NCBI RefSeq assembly: GCF_006345805.1
Contig: NC_043003.1
Location: 55,924,001-55,988,000, forward strand
Source: Octopus sinensis
Taxonomy: Eukaryota
Direction: 5' to 3'
DNA: 64,000 nt
The notes beneath the pieces were generated by a model. It saw only the letters and a program-made list of their open reading frames with translations, did not search any database and was not told the DNA's origin. The first letter of the stretch is position 1; each line of letters starts with the position of its first letter. Positions 12,050 to 20,262 of the stretch are shown here, in pieces. The translations under genes were made by a program, and so were the position numbers.

Positions 12050-14821
12050 TAGGAACACGTAAATTGTAAATTTCACTGGTGACATTATTGCATTAGATAC
12101 GTTATTGTAGTTTCTCTTGTTGTTATTGTTTCTGGAATCGTATTTATAAGAGCACAACCGTGTCTACATTCAGTGCTAACTGAACTGTGGATTATATTTC
12201 TGATAAACGTACTCTACTTACTAATATCCCAAATACGGATAATACCTCACTGTGACGTACATTTTGTCTATCTTGACCCGACGAGCGATCAAGGCACACG
12301 AATATATATGTGTCTAATGAACACTAGCCTAGCTCTCTCTCTCTCTCTCTCTCTCTTTCTCCTTCTCTCTTTCTCTCTCATTCTCTCTCTCTCTCGTCTC
12401 CTTAATAATTTACCTTTACCTTTGCCACTTCTCTCTAATTCAATTCCTAATAAACGTGAAATGCGATTTCAAACGTGAAAGTTGTTAAGTTCGTGGCTCT
12501 GTAGCTGTCATATTGGCCATATACTATTTATACTATTTCCCCGTCAACTATCTCTGTGTGTGCGTATGCGTGTGCGCATGTGCGCGCGTATGTGTGTATT
12601 TGTGCGTATGAATATGCGTTCATATCAATGTATGATTTTAAATACACCCACGTTTGTTGTTAGTGTTGTAAGTGGGATTGTTTACTTGTAATAATATTTA
12701 TGTGTAATGGCGAGTTATTCAATCCTATAATTATTATAACAATTAATTTATGTACAGAAATTGTGATTTCCATTTTAAATGTTAATATTATTGATTTGTG
12801 CACTCTTTGAAACGTCTTTTAGAGTTAAAATTCAGCGTATTCATATTCTGGAACTTTGACCGCCTCCCAATACAGTGGAAATTCTTTCACGAACTTCGTT
12901 ATGCGACTGATATTATCATGCGCCGACATATTGTTTTATAAACGTTTGACTGTCAGATACGATCAAGTCGCAAGAAGAGATATAATCTACTCCGTATTTC
13001 TTTCAATATATATAGCTTCGATTTTTACTTTTGTAGCCAGCCAAATGTCTTTTATATTTCATGAGTACTCTAAGGTGGATTGTTTTAGTTTTATTGAGGT
13101 CTTTGCTAATTGCTGTGCGCAAGGTAACTATAGATATATATATACTTTTTTTTTTTATAGTGAACCGTTTATTTTGATATATGTTTACACATGTCCACAG
13201 AAACATTCATATATTAGCACACACACGCACACACACATACCCACACACAAGCGCACACATGCACACATAAACATATCGGTGTGCATTATTCCAAATATAT
13301 ATAATCGTATGATGATGGTGTTGATAGTGTTCCTAATAATAGTGTCTATGAGTACACTTGATCCCTCTCTCTCTCCCTCTCTCCCACACAGTTTTGACTA
13401 TCTCACAAACACATCTAGACATTCAAATCAACACATGCATATATGCACACACACGCACATTGTGATTATACAGAAGTGGTCAGTATTCTGGGGGGGGGTG
13501 ATGAAAATTTCATTCTCTGAAACGGCCAGCGTGCTGATTTCTCGTGAATCGAAGTTGTAAACGTGGACGTCGTCTACTTCAAAATTTCCTCTCACCTCCT
13601 ACATCCATTATATATTTCTCCTTAATATCTCCTAACACCTATAGGTATAATTCTCTTTCTCTCTCTCTCTCTCTCTCTCCACACTTTCTCTTTCTCTCAT
13701 TCCCTCACTTTATTCTTTTTTCATCTCCTTATCACCTTAATACTAACAGTTCATTTAGAATTATATCCTTAGTTTCAGCCTTAGATTCACGAGGTATGTA
13801 AATGTGTATGTGTGTGCTTTTTGCCTTGTTTCTCTTGCTCTCACTTTTCCCTCTATCCCTCTCTCTCGCTCTCATTCTCTTCCTCCCTTTCTCTTTGTCT
13901 TTCTATCTGTATCTCTGCTATTCTATATTTACCTACTTTATTACTAATCCGTTACCTATTTTCTACTCATATCCTTTTCTGATATTTACTTCCTCTCGTC
14001 TGTTTCTCTTCCTCTTATTTACATTTTCCCCCGTTTCATCAGTCTTCCCCCCCCCTATTCATACACGTAGTCACGCATATTAAAACACAAAGCCAGAACG
14101 ACACACTCCCTAACTTCTTAACCAACGTACATTTACTGCCACCTCCCTATTCTCTCTTTTCTTCCCTCTTTTTTCTTTCCCTTTCCTTGTGCTCTTTCTC
14201 CAGTACTTTTCTCTTACTTTCGGTATTATCATCTATACCTCTTTTTCACTATCTCTCCCGCATATCTCTCCCAGTTGTTTATCTCTGTTAGGCACCTATG
14301 TCATCTCTCTTCTCGTCTAGCGCTCTCTGTCTGTCTGTATGTCTGTGTGTCTGTCTACCTCTCTTTAGTTTCCTTAATAATTTACCTTTTCCTCCTTCAC
14401 TGCTCTCTACGTCAATTCACAATAAAATACATAGAGGCCTATTTTCTCCAGATCAATGAAAACAAAAGTGAAAGTAAGATAAAGAAATAACAATAAACAA
14501 CACTGAAAAGGATAATTTAAAAAAAGTTATGTATAATATAAATTTAAAAAATAACAAAGAAAGACATCGATACAAAAGGCATTTCTCGAGAAGAAATATC
14601 AAATGGAATACAATGAGTTCAGAACACGCAATAAAGTCCTCAGTTTACAAATACTTTACGCATGCGTATCAAGAATCAATCATGTAACCATTTGACATTT
14701 GATTTTTTCTCGGCTGTTAAACGAACGATCGTAGCTAAAATGTCGAAAATCATATCATGCAGTCATATGCTTGTTGTAAGCAAAGTGAGATTATAAGTTC
14801 AAAATTTTGTTAGAGTGTAGA

Positions 14822-14946
14822 CACGGCTGTATGGGGAGAAGTTTGCTTCATAAGCACATAGTTCCAGGTTCTAACTTCCTACTTGGCATTTTGAGCAAGT
14901 GTCTACTAATAAAGCCCCTAGCCGTGAATTTCATAGACGGAAACTG

Positions 14947-14950
<4 letters not shown>
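14822..14950 (+). mobile_element. Degenerate head of a second tRNA-derived SINE family (CORE-like)
   Basis: Matches the reverse complement of 44575-44718 (gcaagtgtct, tagacggaaactga). Confidence 0.6.
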
Positions 14951-15008
<58 letters not shown>

Positions 15009-15329
15009 ATATGCGTGTGCCTGTATTAATATAGATATGCATATATACACACATATAAACACATATGCACACACACTGATTGTATTTTTCTGTAAGATCA
15101 ACAAAGAGATTTCTCCATATAAGGCATTTTTGGAATAATGCTTATTTTAATAATAACATTTAGTGAGTGATTCTGGCGATTCTGGTATGAGTTTCAAGCC
15201 TCAGATAGCCCTTTCAAACTGAAAAATGTATGTTTTACTGGTTGCTTAAATATCACAGAATTTTTTCTTACGAGTATACTCACGAAACAATATGCACAAG
15301 GAAGTGGAATAAATATGAATATACACAAA

Positions 15330-15341
15330 ATCATGTGTGTA

Positions 15342-15391
<50 letters not shown>

Positions 15392-15765
15392 ATACTACTA
15401 ATAATAATAATAATAATAAATAATAATAATAATAATAATAATAATCATAATAATAATAATAATAATAATATAATAATAATAATAATAATAGTAAGAAGGA
15501 AGGAGAAGAAAAGAAGAAGAAGAAGAAAGAAGAAGAGAAGAAGAAGAAGAAGAGAAGAAGAAGAAGAAGAAGTAAAAGAAGAAGAAAAGAAGAAGAAGAA
15601 GAAGAAAGAAGAAGAGAAGAAGAAAGAAGAAGACGAGAAGACGAAGAAGACGAAGAAGAAAGAAGAAGAAGAAGAAAGAAGAAAGAAGAAGAGAAGAAGA
15701 AGAAGAAGAAGAAGCAGAAGAAGAAGAAGAAGAAGAAAAGAAGAAGAAGAGTACGAGGAGAAGGA
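15330..15765. repeat. Compound trinucleotide microsatellite (ACT)n-(AAT)n-(AAG)n
   Basis: Read directly. It explains the homopolymer ORFs 15230-15778, 15246-15800 and 15445-15957. Confidence 0.95.
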
Positions 15766-15774
15766 ACTTTCATT

Positions 15775-16240
15775 TTGATTTGAACTTTCATTTCTTCCAC
15801 ACCTTACATAGCAAAGAAACATACCCTTCAATATAGCAAAACGAATTTGCACTACAGTAACAGATGTAGAAAAATGGGATAAAAGATTACAAGAATTAAA
15901 GATATTTCTAAAACAACAAAAGTATTCCGCGAGATTAATGGACACAGCAATTACCAAAGCAAAAAAACATCAGAATTACAGACCTCAGAGGAAAACAAAC
16001 ACACGGACCCAAGAAATCCCGACATTATCCATATTGCAAAAAGGTCTCTCTCAGTTCTCCAACATTCAACAAAACTGAACAAATTTATAACAGATTCAAA
16101 AATAATTTATAGCAGACGTCAAGCACCCACCCTAAAAGAGCTCTTAACTCAAGCAAGATTTACAACTTTAGGAAAAAACAAAGAGAGTTCAAAAATATGA
16201 TGATCCTCGTTGTGGAACATGTGATTAAATTGATGAAGGA
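15775..16240 (+). mobile_element. Penelope-like element, 5' piece (RT thumb and Zn linker)
   Basis: NIPFNIAKRICTTVTDVEKWDKRLQELKIFLKQQKY (from 15818), SRRQAPTLKELLTQARF (16111-16161) and KYDDPRCGTCD*IDEG (to about 16240). Confidence 0.85.
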
Positions 16241-16856
16241 GAACAAAGCGGTTCTGTGGATTTCAGTTATCTGGGTTTTCTTCATATACTTTTCGGCCGT
16301 CTTGCCACTCTTTCTAACGAAAACCAGCGTTGGTTTCGGTATAGTGACAAGTCTGATGAGCCTTCTTTTTCTGACAACATTTTTCGTCACTAAACTGGCC
16401 GACGCCGTCGATCCGGTGTCTCGCATTGGCCGTTCGATGCCGGACGGAGAACCTGTTGAATTGTCAGCACTTTTGAAAGTCGCCATAAAATACGACGAAG
16501 ACCTTCGTTACTGCGCCAAGTGCGGCACTTACGTGTGTGGATCGTCCTACCACTGCCCGATCTGTCAGAAATGTGTCCTCCTCTTCGACCACCATTGTAT
16601 TTGGCTGAACAATTGCATCGGAAGTCGCAACTACGCCTGTTTCATTATTAGTTCCAGCTCAGCCTTCATCCTGTCTGCTACAGTTTTCACCAGCACTCTG
16701 GTTATTATGTCAGAGCGTATCCATTCTATCCTGTTAGTCGGTTGGTGGAAATTTATGTGCCGTTACGCAACTGAGCGCAATTCTTTACCCACCTTCGAAA
16801 TTCTCTTTATTCGCTGTCGACCTGACGTCTCGTTAGCACTGGTATGTGCCACCTAG
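16197..16856 (+). CDS. Intronless DHHC-domain S-palmitoyltransferase-like ORF (ZDHHC1/11-like), probably a processed copy
   Basis: Exact DHHC-CRD spacing C-x2-C-x9-HC-x2-C-x2-C-x4-DHHC-x-W-x3-C-IG-x2-NY (CAKCGTYVCGSSYHCPICQKCVLLFDHHCIWLNNCIGSRNY; DHHC codons at 16587-16598). Two TM segments ending in a DP motif lie upstream and one TM segment downstream. The subfamily call is by eye, and functionality is unproven. Confidence 0.85.
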   Translation: MMILVVEHVIKLMKENKAVLWISVIWVFFIYFSAVLPLFLTKTSVGFGIVTSLMSLLFLTTFFVTKLADAVDPVSRIGRSMPDGEPVELSALLKVAIKYDEDLRYCAKCGTYVCGSSYHCPICQKCVLLFDHHCIWLNNCIGSRNYACFIISSSSAFILSATVFTSTLVIMSERIHSILLVGWWKFMCRYATERNSLPTFEILFIRCRPDVSLALVCAT

Positions 16857-16994
16857 ATCTTGGTTTTCGTTATAATGATTCTCCTTCTGTGTTTGATTAT
16901 CTTCCACTTTTATTTGATGTGCCACAACACGACCACGCTGGAGTACATACGCCAGATACGTAACTATCCGGTTCGTGCTCTTTGGAATACATGA
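16857..16994 (+). pseudogene. In-frame continuation of the DHHC protein beyond TAG 16854-16856 (TM4 and TTxE motif)
   Basis: The same frame reads ILVFVIMILLLCLIIFHFYLMCHNTTTLEYIRQIRNYPVRALWNT*, containing the conserved FH.YL...N.TT.E motif. Confidence 0.85.
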
Positions 16995-17592
16995 TATGGT
17001 CGAAAAGAAAATCCGGTACACAAAAGATACAAGATACAAGAATATGCCATCATCTTTTTCTTTGGCTCTGGTTTGTGTATTTATTCCTCTCTAATATTCC
17101 ACACGCACTATAATTGTTGTTCCAGATAATTAAAACAATTCATCTCTTAAGAATTTACTTCTTTCGATTTAATGAGGAACAAAATTAAAATTTATAATAC
17201 GGAAACGCTAAAAACGAAATCCAGATTTAATTCCAGGAATATCTTTACTCAAACAGTAATTCTTTCTCAAATTCTTCCATCAAATATCATTGGTTTCTAA
17301 CAAGGAATTTTATAAACCAAATAACTTTGGGACATTTCTTTTCTTGCTTACATTTTTACATGATTTTGTTTTTTTTTATTCCGAATAAAATGGCAAATAT
17401 TTTCAAATCTAGAAATAGTTTAACATTTACTTAAATTCTATATACTGCCATCACCACCACCACCACCACCACACCACCACCACCACCACCACCACCACCA
17501 CCATCACCATCATCATCATCATCATCATCATCATCATTATCATTATTATTATTATTATAATTATTATTATTTTTATTATTATTATTATTATT

Positions 17593-18046
17593 GGTATGAG
17601 AGAGCAGTAAATGCCATCAAAGTGACGTGACACTGGGTTAAAATATACGAAGCCCAGTATACCCATCATGACTATCCGTCTGATAAGCATACACTGGGCA
17701 CATGCATCACTACCATATGTGCGCGACATGATGATCTCATATCTAGATAAACAGCGCATGGCCTTGCAGGTGGGGCCCACTTAAAATTTTCTTGTGGTCG
17801 GGTAACCCATCCTGCTCAAAAGGTCCCTGAATAAGGGTTGTTTGAGGATGTTGAACGAAACACCCATGTTTCCAGAGGTAAATTATTCAAACCCCAAAGA
17901 ATCCCTCTCAACACATGGCTATGATGCTCCCCAACTACTTCTGCTCGTAATCAGAGATGCACACATCCTCAGCCACCAAGGGACATGCTCAAACCGATTA
18001 AGGTCAAACAACTGACAAGCAAATCTGTGGTATTGAGCAGAATATT
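17593..18046 (+). mobile_element. Unclassified interspersed repeat, copy 2 (homologous to 234-587)
   Basis: See 234-587. Bounded by (ATT)n on both sides. Confidence 0.75.
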
Positions 18047-18056
18047 ATTATTATTA

Positions 18057-18118
<62 letters not shown>

Positions 18119-18119
<1 letters not shown>

Positions 18120-18332
18120 AGGCGGTGAGCTGGCAGAATCGTTAGCACGCCAGGCGAAATACTTGGCGGTATTTCGTCTACCGCTACGTTCTGAGTTCAA
18201 ATTCCGCCGATATCGACTTTGCCTTTCATCCTTTCGGGGTCGATGGATTAAGTACCAGTGAAACACTGGAGTCGATGTAATCGACTAGTCCTCTCCCCCA
18301 CACATTTCAGGCCTGTGCCTATAGTAGAAAGG

Positions 18333-18333
<1 letters not shown>
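18119..18333 (+). mobile_element. tRNA-derived SINE, full length
   Basis: Same family as 10894-11107, with an ATT tail. Confidence 0.9.
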
Positions 18334-18380
<47 letters not shown>

Positions 18381-18396
18381 TATTATTATTATTATT

Positions 18397-18540
18397 AAGG
18401 AGGCGAGCTGGCAGAATCGTTAGCGCGCCGGGCGGAATACTTAGCGGTATTTCGTCTGCCGGTACGTTCTGAGTTCAAATTCCGCCGAGGTCGACTTTGC
18501 CTGTAATCCTTTCGGGGTCGATAAATTAATTACCAGTTGC
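18397..18540 (+). mobile_element. tRNA-derived SINE, 3'-truncated
   Basis: Head and core are present. The copy stops at ttaccagttgc, directly abutting the PLE endonuclease piece. Confidence 0.85.
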
Positions 18541-18542
18541 GC

Positions 18543-18975
18543 AAAATAAATGCAAATATAAATTGGAAATCGAGAAACATTATTTACTGTGCCACATACC
18601 ACGAATGCAAAGAACACCACATTGGTGAAACGGGCGTTGGACTATATGAGAAAGTAAGGGTACATAAACAACAAATCCATGACTCCTCCATTAGAAACAC
18701 AAGTGCGCATGCGTGAAATTAAAAGTATAATATGGCTATAATTTAACCCATCGCATCCTTTTCGTTTGTATGTATATATGTGTATATATGAATGGGCAGT
18801 CACCATGATAGATCGGTAATCAATACACATATTTTTTCTCGCCTTGTTTTTTGTTTCTGTGGCCCTTTCTGTAGAAGAGCGTAGGCTCGAAACGTAAAAG
18901 ATTTTTTAAATTCCTGAGCGTTATACTATTACATCTGTTTGTTTTGCACACCGCCTCTCTTCGTCTTTTGTTTTT
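18543..18975 (+). mobile_element. Penelope-like element, 3' piece (GIY-YIG endonuclease and pLTR)
   Basis: KINANINWKSRNIIYCATYHECKEHHIGETGVGLYEKVRVHKQQIHDSSIRNT (18543-18705) gives IIY...HIG plus the conserved R/H. A pLTR-like segment with a hammerhead motif follows at 18830-18975. Confidence 0.85.
18865..18900 (+). ncRNA. Minimal type-I hammerhead motif with variant core CUGUAGA
   Basis: CUUU-CUGUAGA-A-GAGC-GUAG-GCUC-GAAA-CGUA-AAAG. Helices I and II pair perfectly and the core carries A6U. Confidence 0.7.
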
Positions 18976-19009
18976 TTTTCGTGAACTCTCTCTCTCTAAC
19001 TTTCTCTCT

Positions 19010-19047
<38 letters not shown>

Positions 19048-19164
19048 ATATATATATATATGATAAAAATAGTAAGACAACAAAAGAATGAAAGCGACTT
19101 CGATATTATGTAAATGGGAGAATTTATTCGTAAATGTAATATGTGGCAATTATCCGGGAGCCAT

Positions 19165-19225
19165 GATAAAACTCCGAGCTTCGGATGCCGGTGTGGAAAT
19201 CCACGTCGCTATCTCTTCAGTTATC
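19165..19225 (-). ncRNA. Hammerhead-like motif inside a fold-back element
   Basis: Minus strand reads GAUAA-CUGAAGA-GAU...AUC-C-GAAG-CUCGGAGUU-UUAUC. Helix I pairs, and GAAA reads GAAG. Confidence 0.55.
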
Positions 19226-19276
19226 CGGCCATCGGAAAAAGAGTTTTATCATGGCTACCGAATAATTGTCACATAT

Positions 19277-19337
<61 letters not shown>

Positions 19338-19362
19338 ATATATATATATATGTATATATGTA

Positions 19363-19396
<34 letters not shown>

Positions 19397-19399
<3 letters not shown>

Positions 19400-20178
19400 C
19401 ATAAGGGACATTAGCCAACTGAATATGACTAGGGACAGGGCAGGGTGGTGGGGGTGTCACTGTTGCATTTAGCCCCAGGCGAATATCAACGTATGGTAGG
19501 CACCGCTTCTCAACGAACAACTCACCGTGCAAGATATATATAAGATTTTCAAGTAAATACATTTACTGATTTCGAAAATCTGTTCGACAGCAATAATAAT
19601 TCTCTAAATGAGATATAGACAGTGACTGCTCCATAACATAAGGGACATTAGCCAACTGAATATGGCTAGGGACAGGGCAGGGTGGTGGGGGTGTCACTGT
19701 TGCATTTAGCCCCAGGTGAACATCAACGTCACCAGATAGGCCGACGCCATCACGGCGTCCTCTATCTTGCAAAGGGAGATCATTCCCCAAGAAGCGAATG
19801 CCACATACGGACCTAGGTTTCAAGGTGTATTGCCTATTATCAACGTATGGTAGGCACCACTTCTCGACGAACAACTCACCGTGCAAGATATATATAAAGA
19901 TTTTCAAGTAAATACATTTACTGATTTCGAAAATCTGTTCGACAGCAATAATAATTCTCTAAATGAGATATAGACAGTGACTGCTCCATAACATAAGGGA
20001 CATTAGCCAACTGAATATGGCTAGGGACAGGGCAGGGTGGTGGGGGTGTCACTGTTGCATTTAGCCCCAGGCGAACATCAACGTCACCAGATAGGCCGAC
20101 GCCATCACGGCGTCCTCTATCTTGCAAAGGGAGATCATTCCCCAAGAAGCGGATGCCACATACGGACCTAGGTTTCAA
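19397..20178. repeat. Tandem repeat with a 355-bp unit (deleted unit, full unit, partial unit)
   Basis: Units start at 19397, 19634 and 19989 (taacataagggacattagcc) and differ by only a few substitutions. Confidence 0.97.
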
Positions 20179-20199
20179 GGTTTATTGCTATATATATAT

Positions 20200-20262
<63 letters not shown>

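Noticed and set aside
12856-13560. 234-aa plus-strand ORF, with a possible exon at 12836-13123 (cag...CAAG/gtaact)
   Set aside because: No recognisable domain, a non-ATG start, and a second half that runs through CA/CT microsatellites. Splice signals alone are insufficient.
15230-15957. ORFs of 170-184 aa with poly-L/N/K/E/R/F runs
   Set aside because: They are translations of a compound trinucleotide microsatellite. The same applies to the many YI, CV, HT and poly-I ORFs across the window.
19690-19810. HDV-like ribozyme in the 355-bp unit (UCCUC and GCGAAU motifs)
   Set aside because: P1, P2 and P3 pairings could not be formed in the required nested order on either strand.
19397-20178. Tandem repeats as a CRISPR-like array
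   Set aside because: The units are 355-bp contiguous near-identical copies with no unique spacers, the context is eukaryotic, and no cas genes are present.
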